Part shown: positions 1-9,451 of the stretch, piece by piece | How the letters are laid out: every line of letters begins with the position of its first letter | How positions within the stretch are numbered: position 1 is the first letter of the stretch | From: an uncultured archaeon | GTDB taxonomy: Archaea; Aenigmatarchaeota; Aenigmatarchaeia; CG10238-14; SCSR01 | Direction: 5' to 3' | NCBI GenBank assembly: GCA_964537835.1 | Contig: CAZICS010000003.1 | Coordinates: 7,163-71,162, forward strand | Length of the DNA: 64,000 nucleotides | The notes under the pieces: model-generated | What the model saw: the letters and a program-made list of their open reading frames with translations, nothing else | Databases searched by the model: none | What the model was told of the DNA's origin: nothing | Position numbers and translations under genes: made by a program

Positions 1-968
1 GGGAGTTGGGAATAGGAATGGTTTATACTGATCAGCACCCTTCTTTAGTAAGCTATCCAGCCTTAGGAAATACTTCAACGCATGTATACATGAATTTAGG
101 TTTAGATACAAAACATTCTTCGGATATTCAGGATGCAGCTAACATGCTTGGATTGAAAGAAGAAGATTCGGGATATTTAAGAAGATTGCCTGTCGGGCAT
201 GCCTTCATTTTAATCAGAAGGTCCGAATTTCCCAATCCTTTTCTTGTGAAATTCCCTTTGCTAATCAAAGAGAGAGGGAAGATAGATGACGAGATTTTAA
301 GAAAGCTTATGGAAGAAAAAGTTGTGAAAATCGTAAAGTCAAAGAAAGAAAAAATTGCTGAAGTTGAGATTGAAGAAGAATTTAAAAAAGTTTCAGGTAA
401 TGGCTGGAGAATAATAGAGGCTCTTGGAAATTTTAGAGCTTGCACAACTTCTGAAATTTACAAGCTTTTAAGAATTTCTGGAAGAGTTTTCAAGCAAGAA
501 GTTAAAAAACTTGCAGATTTGGGTTTAGTTGCTTGGAAGAGAGCAAAAGTTTACAGACAAAAAGCAATATTTTACTTTTTAACAAGAAAAGGAGAGCTTG
601 CGTTTGTCTTTAAGTTTAAGAAAATACCAGAAGAAGAAGCTAGAATTGATGAAGAAAAAGTTTCTAAAAAATTGGAAGAAATGGGTTGTAAAGTAAAGAA
701 GGTTGATGATGAGAAAATTTACTGCGAAAAAGATGGAAGGGAAATTTTTGTTTTTCTAGAGAGTTCCCTAAATAGAAATAAAATTTCAACCCATGTGAAA
801 GAAGTTTTACCAAGCTTAGAAGGATATTTCGTTTGCTCTTCAGAAAAAATTAAAAACTGTGTTTTACAAGAGTGTGCAAGACAAAGCTTTCAGGCCAGAG
901 CCAATTTTACCTTATTCTATGCAAGCTTAAGCAAAAAAAGTTTTGAGAAAGTTGAATTCTTAGCTTAG
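1..968 (+). CDS. C-terminal part of a HerA/FtsK-superfamily (DUF87-like) NTPase fused to a winged-helix-like segment and an uncharacterised C-terminal domain; 5' end outside window
   Basis: The frame is open to the window edge. TDQHPSLVSYPALGNTSTHVYMNLG and LRRLPVGHAFI resemble the C-terminal region of DUF87/HerA ATPases. wHTH-like segment TTSEIYKLLRISGRVFKQEVKKLADLGLV. Confidence 0.45.
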   Translation, partial: ELGIGMVYTDQHPSLVSYPALGNTSTHVYMNLGLDTKHSSDIQDAANMLGLKEEDSGYLRRLPVGHAFILIRRSEFPNPFLVKFPLLIKERGKIDDEILRKLMEEKVVKIVKSKKEKIAEVEIEEEFKKVSGNGWRIIEALGNFRACTTSEIYKLLRISGRVFKQEVKKLADLGLVAWKRAKVYRQKAIFYFLTRKGELAFVFKFKKIPEEEARIDEEKVSKKLEEMGCKVKKVDDEKIYCEKDGREIFVFLESSLNRNKISTHVKEVLPSLEGYFVCSSEKIKNCVLQECARQSFQARANFTLFYASLSKKSFEKVEFLA

Positions 969-1307
969 GTAAGCTTTAAATATTTTTTCTTTTAATATTT
1001 TGTTACCATTGATAAATGACAAATGTTAGGTTTGAGTAGCTTGCAAGAATTTACAAAAAAACTAAGAGAAAAAGTGAACAGCAAAAAAACTTAAATCATA
1101 GCGTTTAGGATTTAATGAAAAATTGAGGGAAAATGCCTGAAACCTTTTCTTAGCTGGCTTACTTTCTCTTATCCTTTACTTTGTCTTCACTAGTCTTAAG
1201 TTGATTTTTTCTTGTCTTCAGTCATAGTCACTCGATGAAGCTTAGGCTAAGGTGATATTTAATGCAATGAAGGCTCTTAAGGCCTGAGAGAAATCCTAAA
1301 AACCTAG

Positions 1308-2369
1308 GTGATGGAAATGAAAGGGGATTACAAGTTTTTATTAGCACTAGTTGCATCGATTTCAATAGTCTCTCTGTTTTTCGTCGCTCCAACAGAATGC
1401 AAAGAAGTTGAATCAGAAGAAAAACTCTATTTTGAAATAGCCATAGGAGTTGAAAATACTCTTGTCGAGAACATTAGGCTCGATTTCAAGAATTTCAAGA
1501 TAGACTTTCCATTGAATAAAAATATGCCAGCTTTTGGTGAGAATTTCAAAAATCTAAGAATAGAATTAATTCCGGAAGGTCAAAGATTCGTTCTTTTCTT
1601 CGATATTCTCTATGATTCTTCCATCGGATATTCAACAGCAATCTCTTATGCTAATACAATCATTCAACATTTGCTTAACATCTTTGACTATGAGGATATG
1701 CAAGAGCTAGAAAGTCAAGTGAAATTAAAAGAATCAGCGATAGAGATAAAAGCCACTTATGGTTATGGAAAAAACTCGGTTGAAGAAGTTCTAAAGTTCA
1801 TCGAATACAAACCCATGACTGAGCTAGGAAAGTTAGTGAACAAGAATCTGCTAACCAGATATGTTCCAGGAATAAATACAGAGTCGTTCAACTCTGGGAT
1901 CTTCAGAATATTTTATGTTCTTAAAAAGTATGATTCAGACTTTTACTTTGACTTTCAAATTTACTGCGCTAATACCAAAGCTTTGTCAAAAGAAGTCAAC
2001 GACTACAAGGAAGTTATAGATGTTAACGAATTACTCAACAATGAAGGATGGCTAACAAGCCATTCATCGAATCTAAAAATAATCGGGGTAATCCAAAAAA
2101 GCAAGAGTACAACAAGAAGAACTTACATAGTTAACATAGATAAAATTCAGCCTGATATATATAAGCTCGATTCATCCGATCCCTACTACTATGTAATAGA
2201 ATTCGATTCATCGAGCTTTCCTTTGAGAAACATAATAGTAGAATTAACAATCAATCCTAGAAAGCTCTACAATGGAATACCAGTTCCTTATGCCATTCTA
2301 TTGATCATCGTAGTTGGGTTTATCATGTTTTTTTTGTTCTTGAAAAAATTTAGGAGGAAAAAAACATGA
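1308..2369 (+). CDS. Predicted secreted, C-terminally anchored surface protein, no recognisable family
   Basis: N-terminal hydrophobic signal-like segment FLLALVASISIVSLFFVAP. C-terminal TM AILLIIVVGFIMFFLFL followed by a basic tail KKFRRKKT. Confidence 0.5.
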   Translation: MMEMKGDYKFLLALVASISIVSLFFVAPTECKEVESEEKLYFEIAIGVENTLVENIRLDFKNFKIDFPLNKNMPAFGENFKNLRIELIPEGQRFVLFFDILYDSSIGYSTAISYANTIIQHLLNIFDYEDMQELESQVKLKESAIEIKATYGYGKNSVEEVLKFIEYKPMTELGKLVNKNLLTRYVPGINTESFNSGIFRIFYVLKKYDSDFYFDFQIYCANTKALSKEVNDYKEVIDVNELLNNEGWLTSHSSNLKIIGVIQKSKSTTRRTYIVNIDKIQPDIYKLDSSDPYYYVIEFDSSSFPLRNIIVELTINPRKLYNGIPVPYAILLIIVVGFIMFFLFLKKFRRKKT

Positions 2370-3442
2370 AAATTGGGAAGGAATCCAAAAATCAATTACT
2401 GGCAGTGTTCATCGGTACATTGATGCTCTTAACGCCTCACACGACCGCCCAACTCTACGCCACTCTCGTTAACCAGCCAAAAGTTTATACCTTTCAATGC
2501 ACAAAAACGATAAAAGTAGAGGGAAGGGTCCTACAATTCAACGGCCTTTCTGCAATCACAGAATATGCAAATGGGACAAAACAAATTCATCTCTCTGTGG
2601 ACATTTACAATATATCCAGCCAATTCCAGCGGTTAAGAGTGAACTTGACGAGAATAGTTTCGCCTGCTGATACTGAAACAGAGGAACGATATATTCAATC
2701 GTCCTATACCGGACCATTGATAGAGGAGCTATGGGATAATGTCCATTTCGTCTTAGCGCCGGGAAATGCTAGTATCTGGGTGAAATACGACCATCCAAAC
2801 AACTACTGGCGAAATTACTTATATCCTAAGCTGTTCAATCTTCGCTGGATACTTCCACCAGGAGCGCACGGTAATACCAAATTCTTCCTTCACTTGGCAC
2901 AGTCTGACGTGTATGACTGGAAGACTCAAGCTAAAAGCAGGGATGAGATACTTAACCTTTACATACGTGGAACCTCCGTAGGTATTGCGATCATCGGAAA
3001 TGCGTTAGCGGCTTACATCGCCTTTACCATGCAAAATATATGGGGTCTTATCTTAGGAATCATAATTAGTGCTTTGTCTACTCTCATCGGCTGGTTGTTA
3101 GAAGTGCTAGGGTACTCAAGCGAATCACAGTACGTCGAGGAGGAAGTTGAAACAGAAAATGGTGACGGATTCTGTTACATGTGGGGCTTTAGAACTGTGA
3201 GTAGCGATGCTCTCATTGTTCGTCCACCAGTATTGTATATAGCTACTAGAAACGACATCTACCGCATTTTTCAGTACCACCGAGTAGGGGTACTGTTCTA
3301 TGAAAAAAGAGAATTCAAAATCTCATGGGGAGCTGAGAGGGATAATCCATCAACTTGCACTGCCGAGTTCTGGTATTTGCACTGGTTCAATCCAGGAGTT
3401 TTCGGATTTCCCGACGAATACCTAGATTTGATACCGTGGTGA
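2366..3442 (+). CDS. Membrane protein of unknown family (signal peptide plus central TM hairpin)
   Basis: The start overlaps the upstream stop (ATGA at 2366). N-terminal LLAVFIGTLMLLTP. Central hydrophobic stretch VGIAIIGNALAAYIAF...LILGIIISALSTLIGWLL. GC-richer than its surroundings. Confidence 0.5.
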   Translation: MKIGKESKNQLLAVFIGTLMLLTPHTTAQLYATLVNQPKVYTFQCTKTIKVEGRVLQFNGLSAITEYANGTKQIHLSVDIYNISSQFQRLRVNLTRIVSPADTETEERYIQSSYTGPLIEELWDNVHFVLAPGNASIWVKYDHPNNYWRNYLYPKLFNLRWILPPGAHGNTKFFLHLAQSDVYDWKTQAKSRDEILNLYIRGTSVGIAIIGNALAAYIAFTMQNIWGLILGIIISALSTLIGWLLEVLGYSSESQYVEEEVETENGDGFCYMWGFRTVSSDALIVRPPVLYIATRNDIYRIFQYHRVGVLFYEKREFKISWGAERDNPSTCTAEFWYLHWFNPGVFGFPDEYLDLIPW

Positions 3443-3446
3443 AAGA

Positions 3447-3695
3447 ATGACGAGTTGGGGACCTCTTTTAGGAGTGGCAGCACTTCGCGGTGAAGAACGT
3501 CGCTGTCTCAAAGCGCTGAAGGAAATGAATGCCACATCGCCTGAAAACGCAATCGGTGTGAATAAAATCTCTAAAGTGACTAGCCTACCAATTGATAGAG
3601 TTATATCAGCACTTCAAAGATTAAAAAAATGTGGAAAGATTCAAAAGACAGCTGAGGGAAAATACTTTGCAATCTGTAAAGGGAAGTACTGTTAA
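3447..3695 (+). CDS. Small winged-helix-type DNA-binding protein
   Basis: 82 aa. The segment GVNKISKVTSLPIDRVISALQRLKKCGKIQK looks like an HTH plus wing. Lies in the GC-rich island. Confidence 0.4.
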   Translation: MTSWGPLLGVAALRGEERRCLKALKEMNATSPENAIGVNKISKVTSLPIDRVISALQRLKKCGKIQKTAEGKYFAICKGKYC

Positions 3696-3801
3696 GATGA
3701 AGAGCCTTAGGCTCTGACCATCTCCCCATTTTTCTATTTTTTAAGCCTACCCGAGATGATGGGCAGGAGGCTTTGGGCTGCCTGGCTGGAAAGGCGTCTA
3801 A

Positions 3802-5586
3802 ATGCCCATAAATTTGAAAAGAAGAGGTGATGAAAAAAAGATGTTTATAAACTGGTTCCTAACAATACTCTTTTGGCTTTCCATTTTATGGGAAGTAAGG
3901 AAAGTGGTTAAACATTCGGAAATGGAAGAAGGGGAAGAAAAAGCGACCATCTTTATCTGTGGCATACTTTTCTTAATAGCTGGTACAATTCATGGAGCAT
4001 ACACACTTGCAATACCTATCCATCTCTATCTCTTCTGGGCATTCATACTCAGAGGGGCTCTCTTCTGGATAGTTTCTGCACTTACAGCCGAAGAACCATT
4101 CCTAAGAACAAAGAAACTATTAAGCAGAGGAGGAGAAATAAGTCTATCTCGAGTAATAGCTCTTATCATCTTAATCTTTTTGCTACTAGGGTCACTAGCA
4201 TTCTTTGGAGTAAGAAGCATAAGCTACTGGCAAGCAACAACTTTTAAAGGGATGGTCGATGAATTTCAAGAAGGTAGTATTGAGCTCTTTCCTGAAATTG
4301 ACCCCGAAAATGTAAGGGTTACAACTTCTACGATAGCAAGAAGTATTGCAGAAATAAAGCGAACTAGTGCGGAATCGTGGGTAACAAGCGTCCATTTGGG
4401 AATGTATGAGGGTGAATTGTCATGGATATGCACAATATCCGAAAAACCAACCTTTGGAATGTTAATAGGTTCTTCCAACACTATCAGAGAGGTTATAATA
4501 ATACCAGTTATCGATGCAACTGGAGAAAGAGCCAAGGTAATACCGTTTAGAGCTTTTTATGCAGAAGGACTATGGTTCGGAAATGATATAAAAGTTCATG
4601 CCAATGATGTATTTCCTTTAAGAAGCTTTTCAAGAGGTTACATAACTTACCAAAATGAAAAACTTGTGCTAGTCACAACTAGCTATGTGAAAATTCCATT
4701 AGGTCCGCTTATCGATCCTAAGGTTCATGTTTGGGATCCGATTACTGGTGAGCTTATAGGAGAATACACTCCTTACAATGCCCCTGAGTTGATTGTTCAA
4801 AGATGGGATGAAGAAATGTTAGAAATTATGGGAGATGCTTTTGGAGATTTCAGATGGACGGCAGAAAATGAGCTAAACTACTGGAATGGTATACCAAGAT
4901 TCTCTGATAGAAGCGCTGACCCATCTGAGCCAGAAGGACTAAGATACCAAATGTGGAACGGTGAACTAACAGCAGTCTATCTTTTCGATAACAAAAGGAA
5001 TAATCAAGTTTTAGAGCTAGTAATAATAGCTACAAAGGAAGGACTAAAGGTATACTCAGTTGACCATTTAGGTCTTCTTTCACCCGATGATGCGAAAGAA
5101 TTAGCATTGAGTGGCTTACCAGCTTTACCAGAAGGGAAGAACTATTATGCACCAATCGCATTGATCTATAGAATAGGCTTAAGACTCTTCTATCATATAC
5201 CTATCTACATCCAGAGTCAAGAAAGGTATTATCCTGCATACTTTGCATTAGTTGACTGCCAAAGCAGAAGTTACATAAGAGAAAGTGTGGAGAAGTATGG
5301 TGGAATGACCGAAACTATTAAAGCTGTTTATGAAAAGGTAAGGATCCCTTCTGAAGAAAAAATCATTGAAGGTGAAGTAATAGACAAGGATGAATGGGTG
5401 GAGAATGGAAATACAAGGATATGGCTGACCATTAATGTTAACGGAACTGAAGTGGATGTGCTAGTTAAGGCAGAGCTTTTTGAAGAAACTCCAGAAGAAA
5501 TGCACTTGATTCTGGATAAACGAATAGGGGATAAAATAACTGTTAAAATCGATGAAAACAATGTGGTAACAAAAGTTATTTCATGA
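3802..5586 (+). CDS. Large membrane protein: N-terminal TM bundle plus about 430-aa extracytoplasmic domain, unknown family
   Basis: Several hydrophobic helices in the first 150 aa (FINWFLTILFWLSILW, ATIFICGILFLIAGTI, LYLFWAFILRGALFWIV, VIALIILIFLLLGSLAFF). The remainder is soluble-looking. Confidence 0.5.
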   Translation: MPINLKRRGDEKKMFINWFLTILFWLSILWEVRKVVKHSEMEEGEEKATIFICGILFLIAGTIHGAYTLAIPIHLYLFWAFILRGALFWIVSALTAEEPFLRTKKLLSRGGEISLSRVIALIILIFLLLGSLAFFGVRSISYWQATTFKGMVDEFQEGSIELFPEIDPENVRVTTSTIARSIAEIKRTSAESWVTSVHLGMYEGELSWICTISEKPTFGMLIGSSNTIREVIIIPVIDATGERAKVIPFRAFYAEGLWFGNDIKVHANDVFPLRSFSRGYITYQNEKLVLVTTSYVKIPLGPLIDPKVHVWDPITGELIGEYTPYNAPELIVQRWDEEMLEIMGDAFGDFRWTAENELNYWNGIPRFSDRSADPSEPEGLRYQMWNGELTAVYLFDNKRNNQVLELVIIATKEGLKVYSVDHLGLLSPDDAKELALSGLPALPEGKNYYAPIALIYRIGLRLFYHIPIYIQSQERYYPAYFALVDCQSRSYIRESVEKYGGMTETIKAVYEKVRIPSEEKIIEGEVIDKDEWVENGNTRIWLTINVNGTEVDVLVKAELFEETPEEMHLILDKRIGDKITVKIDENNVVTKVIS

Positions 5587-5601
5587 AGTAGAGGGAGAAA
5601 A

Positions 5602-6063
5602 ATGAAGTGTAAAATATGCCCCTTTCAATTTTCTTTACCATGCAGCGAATGTGAGCTTCCTTTTAAGGAAAGAAAAAAAGAAATTAGAATTAAAATTTGG
5701 ATCAAAAGAATTAAAATCAAAAGAGTTAAGAGAAAAGATGAATTACCCAGGAAACATGAGTGTAAAACTGTAATAGAATTTGATGGAAAAACTAGAAAAG
5801 AAAAATGGAAAAAAAGGGCTTTACGAAGATTGAGGAAAGAATTTCACTGCAACGCTTCTTTGAAAGATAATCAAATAATTCTAAACGGGAACTTCATTTC
5901 TTCTAAGCAAAAAATTATCCAACTCCTCTCTTTTTTTATTTTTAATGTTATATGTGTAACATCAGTTTTCTATTTAAAATTTTATTTTGTTACACGTATA
6001 ACACTTTTCACTTTTAATTTTTATGTTGTACATATTATGACATTAAAAACTATTCAATCCTAA
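5602..6063 (+). CDS. Hypothetical Cys-pair / lysine-rich small protein; the C-terminal third probably reads through an intergenic repeat pair
   Basis: CKICP...CSEC at the N-terminus and a KR-rich middle. The last about 40 codons run through palindromes at 5947-5960 and 5989-6002. Confidence 0.3.
   Translation: MKCKICPFQFSLPCSECELPFKERKKEIRIKIWIKRIKIKRVKRKDELPRKHECKTVIEFDGKTRKEKWKKRALRRLRKEFHCNASLKDNQIILNGNFISSKQKIIQLLSFFIFNVICVTSVFYLKFYFVTRITLFTFNFYVVHIMTLKTIQS
5947..6002. repeat. Pair of 14-bp palindromes GTTATATGTGTAAC / GTTACACGTATAAC (42 bp start to start)
   Basis: Members of the GTTAYAYRTRTAAC family, in a convergent 3'-3' gap. Confidence 0.8.
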
Positions 6064-7315
6064 AAACTCTATTGTTAGCTAATGGTGCAACTGCATCAAA
6101 TCCTTTTTCTCTAAGCTCAGCTGCAAATTCTTCTGTATGATCACCATGAATGCAAAAAATCTTTTCTGGATTAATCTTTTCTATGAATTCAAACAATCCG
6201 CTTCTTCCAACATGGGCAGAAAAATCTAACCTTTTAACTCTCATCTTAACTTCCAAGTCTAAATCCTCATAAATAAATCTTCCTGTTTCCAGCAAAATTT
6301 TTCCTGGAGTTTCTGGCAATTGCCAGCCAGTTAAAACTAAACTATTCAAAGGATTCTTGTAAAGTCTTTTCAAATACCAAATTATTGGGCCGCCGTGCAA
6401 CATTCCTGAAGTCGAAAGAAGTACGCAAGGTTGCTTTAAAGCTTTTTTTCTTTCCCTTGCATTGCTTATATACCTAACTTTTTTTAGCGCTTCATCCAAG
6501 CTCTTGGGTTCTTTCAAAAGATGCTTATGCTTATTAATTATAGTGGTTGCTTTCTTTGCCATCCCATCCAAGTACAAAGGATAATCTATTCCATACTTAT
6601 CTAGAATTAGAATGATTTCTTGCAATCTTCCAACAGCAAAGCCAGCGATCAAACAAATAGCATCCCTAGCCAAAGTCTCATTTATTATCCTTATCAATTC
6701 CTTTTCCTGACTTTTTCTTTTTGGATGTTCCCTATCAGCATAGGTAGATTCTGTTATTAGAATATCAACCTCCGGCAATCTTTTTTCACAACCTTTTAGC
6801 AAGCGTGTATCCTCGTCCTTAAAATCGCCTGTATACAGAATGCTCTTATTCCCTATTTTTAGATGGATAAAAGCTGAGCCTGGAATATGGCCAGCGTCAA
6901 AAAAAGTTATTTCTCCAGAATGAATCCTTATGGGCTTCTTATACTCAACGCTTTTAAAAGCAGCGATAGTTCTTCTTACATCATCCTTTGAAAAAGGTAG
7001 CTCAACCCCTTCTTCTCTCGAAACTTTTATTGAATCGTATAAAAGCAATTCAGTCAATTCCTTGCTGCAATCCAAAGCATAAATCGGAACTTTTTCACCC
7101 TTAGCTTCGAATAGAGCTAAACCACCGCTATGGTCTAGATGGGCATGAGAAAGAAAGATATAATCAGGCTTGCCATCTATTGGAATGGGAAATTTTGGCG
7201 GAATTTCCCTAACCTTAGTCCCGTAATCCAAAACTATTTTTTCGACTCCTGTATCTATTAAAACTGCGCTTGCTCCCACGCAAGTTAAAGCTCCGTTAAA
7301 GCTAAGCTCGAACAT
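6050..7315 (-). CDS. Beta-CASP family metallo-beta-lactamase RNase (aCPSF2-like, no KH domains)
   Basis: HAHLDHSG motif, 421 aa, beta-CASP-like middle region, C-terminal HGD motif (CIHGDH). Confidence 0.8.
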   Translation of the reverse strand: MFELSFNGALTCVGASAVLIDTGVEKIVLDYGTKVREIPPKFPIPIDGKPDYIFLSHAHLDHSGGLALFEAKGEKVPIYALDCSKELTELLLYDSIKVSREEGVELPFSKDDVRRTIAAFKSVEYKKPIRIHSGEITFFDAGHIPGSAFIHLKIGNKSILYTGDFKDEDTRLLKGCEKRLPEVDILITESTYADREHPKRKSQEKELIRIINETLARDAICLIAGFAVGRLQEIILILDKYGIDYPLYLDGMAKKATTIINKHKHLLKEPKSLDEALKKVRYISNARERKKALKQPCVLLSTSGMLHGGPIIWYLKRLYKNPLNSLVLTGWQLPETPGKILLETGRFIYEDLDLEVKMRVKRLDFSAHVGRSGLFEFIEKINPEKIFCIHGDHTEEFAAELREKGFDAVAPLANNRVFRIE

Positions 7316-8163
7316 TTGACCAGCCTTTTAACCTTTCCTAAACTATTCTTCAAATCCTTTTGTGTAACCTTCCCCTTCTCTTTCCTAAAAATTTCTAAAA
7401 CTATGTATTCACATTTTGTCCTTTTAATAAGTTTTGCTATCCTCTTTAAATTTAAATTTCCTGAGCCAATCGGAAAATGATCCTTAACTTTTTTGTCTTC
7501 AATAAACACATCGCTCAGATGAACTACCAAAATTTTATCTTTGAATTTAGAAAACCAATACTCTAGGCTTAATTTTTCCTTCTTAAACGGATTCTTCTTT
7601 CTTCTAATTTCATGCTTTGCTACAACCGCATGCCCCACATCCAAAGTAAATTTCAAATCCTTAGCTTCCTTCAAAACCATTTCGATTTGTTTAGGACTGC
7701 CAAAAAATATTTCCGGATTATTCTCCAAGCAAGCTTCTATCCCAATTTTTTTAGCTAGCTTTGAAATTAAAGAGGCGCTTTTCACACCTTTTTTCAAAAC
7801 TTCTTTTGTTATTGTTTCAAGCTTAAAAGTTCCATGAAATGGAGCGAGCAAATGAAAGTTGAAGTATAAAGGATCTAATTTTTTTGAAAACAATAAAGCT
7901 TTTTTTACTATTTTAAAAGAAGCATCAAAAATTTCTTTCTGAGGATGAGGTAAGCATAAGCCTATCCAAGGAGCATGGATAGCTACTTCCAAACCAAAAT
8001 CTCTTTTTAAATTTTTAATAAGCTTTAATTCCTTTTCGCTAATTTTTTCTGGCCATGGGTAATCTATGGAAAGCTCTATGTAATCAAAGCCAAGCCTTTG
8101 CATTAACTTAAAAACTTTTTCCAAAGGTCTTTCTCCATACCAAACATTTTTTCCAAATTTCAT
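7285..8163 (-). CDS. Xylose isomerase-like TIM-barrel protein (sugar phosphate isomerase/epimerase family)
   Basis: Family-like layout: FDYIELS, EVAIHAP, NFHLL, LENN, LDVGH, HLSD metal-ligand spacing. Confidence 0.6.
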   Translation of the reverse strand: MKFGKNVWYGERPLEKVFKLMQRLGFDYIELSIDYPWPEKISEKELKLIKNLKRDFGLEVAIHAPWIGLCLPHPQKEIFDASFKIVKKALLFSKKLDPLYFNFHLLAPFHGTFKLETITKEVLKKGVKSASLISKLAKKIGIEACLENNPEIFFGSPKQIEMVLKEAKDLKFTLDVGHAVVAKHEIRRKKNPFKKEKLSLEYWFSKFKDKILVVHLSDVFIEDKKVKDHFPIGSGNLNLKRIAKLIKRTKCEYIVLEIFRKEKGKVTQKDLKNSLGKVKRLVKCSSLALTEL

Positions 8164-8213
8164 GGAATCACGAATTAAATAAATTTGAAGAATTTGATTT
8201 AAATTTTTTTCAT

Positions 8214-8263
8214 GTTATATGTATAACATTAACAATCTTAATTTTTTCTGTTACACATGTAAC
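8214..8263. promoter_or_regulatory. Pair of palindromes GTTATATGTATAAC / GTTACACATGTAAC in a divergent promoter region
   Basis: Each copy lies about 50 bp upstream of one of the divergent start codons (8163 and 8311), upstream of A/T-rich TATA-like boxes. Confidence 0.6.
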
Positions 8264-8310
8264 ATGGGAATTGATAATCTTTAAAAAGTTAAATCAATTC
8301 CAATTTTCCA

Positions 8311-8661
8311 ATGGGAAAATTTTTAAAAATTTCCGCTCAAATTTTATTTGGGAAAATGGGCTCGAGCTCTAAAATGCTGGAAGATTTCCTGAAGAAGGAA
8401 GATAAATACAAGTATTTTAAAGAAACCGATATCTCAAAATTCCTTGAAATATACAAGTCTATTAAACCTAGTACATCAATTCTCGAAGAATATGAGCTCA
8501 GAAAAAAGAAAAAGCTTAAAAGAAGAAAAAATGAAGAAGAGCATAAATCTATTTTAGAATACGCAAGCACATGGCCAGAAGAAATAAAGAAAAGAGCTGG
8601 GGATATAATAAGCAAAGCCCCTAAACCTCCTTCTGCTCCACTTCCTCCTAAATTCCAATAA
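8311..8661 (+). CDS. Hypothetical protein
   Basis: 116-aa ORF downstream of a divergent promoter region. Charged, with a Pro-rich C-terminus. Confidence 0.35.
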   Translation: MGKFLKISAQILFGKMGSSSKMLEDFLKKEDKYKYFKETDISKFLEIYKSIKPSTSILEEYELRKKKKLKRRKNEEEHKSILEYASTWPEEIKKRAGDIISKAPKPPSAPLPPKFQ

Positions 8662-9451
8662 GCATAGCCTTCCTTTGAACAAGCTTAAAGATTAAAGCAG
8701 CTATTGTCAGAGAGATTATTGAAAAGAGAGCAAGATAAGCTAAAGTAGGTAAGATTTCAACTATTCCAGCATTTCTTATTACTATTGCTCTTATCGCATT
8801 CACTGCTTGGGAAGATGGAAGAAGGAGCAAACCATTCCTAAAACTTTCTGGCAAAATCTCTAGAGGGAAGAAAATACCTGAAGCTATCATTAAAACATAA
8901 TTTACCACATAAGTTAAATCTGCAAAATCTTCTCTCCAAGATGCTAAACCAGCTATTATCAGGCCTATTCCAGAAAATCCTAGGAAGGTTAGGAAGATTA
9001 CAAGTAAAGCTAGGAAGATATTTCCTTGAGAAGAAAAATTGAAGAATAAAACTCCTACGAACAAAAGGATAAAGCCAGAATAAACAGCTCTTATCAAAGA
9101 AAGCAAACACATTCCATAGGGTATTGCCAATCTGTTTATTGGAGAGATTAGCAAATAGGGTGAGGTTCTCCAATATTTTTCTCTTATGAAAGAATGGGTA
9201 ACCTCTCCGCTTAGAGCTGTGTCTACAAAACGCCAGAGTAGCAAGCCAGAAAGCAAATACGCAACATAATTTTTTGGGTTTAGATAACCTACTCCTTTAA
9301 AGCCACCGCTTAGAATAGCTCTCCAAACTAGGATGAAAAGAATTAGGTCTAAAAGAGGAAAGATTATGTCAAAAACTAAATGTAACTTCCATCTCAAATA
9401 TTGTTTTAAATTCTTTCTAAAAATTATGCGAGTATCTCGGAAAAACTTCAT
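8648..9451 (-). CDS. ABC-2 type transporter permease
   Basis: About 6 TM helices. Overlaps the upstream ATPase gene by 4 nt. Confidence 0.7.
   Translation of the reverse strand: MKFFRDTRIIFRKNLKQYLRWKLHLVFDIIFPLLDLILFILVWRAILSGGFKGVGYLNPKNYVAYLLSGLLLWRFVDTALSGEVTHSFIREKYWRTSPYLLISPINRLAIPYGMCLLSLIRAVYSGFILLFVGVLFFNFSSQGNIFLALLVIFLTFLGFSGIGLIIAGLASWREDFADLTYVVNYVLMIASGIFFPLEILPESFRNGLLLLPSSQAVNAIRAIVIRNAGIVEILPTLAYLALFSIISLTIAALIFKLVQRKAMLIGI

Noticed and set aside
3696-3801. Box C/D sRNA or other structured RNA in the GC-rich spacer (GATGATG at about 3752, CTGA at about 3712).
   Set aside because: The box order is wrong (the D-like box precedes the C-like box), there is no second box pair, and only weak imperfect stems could be drawn.
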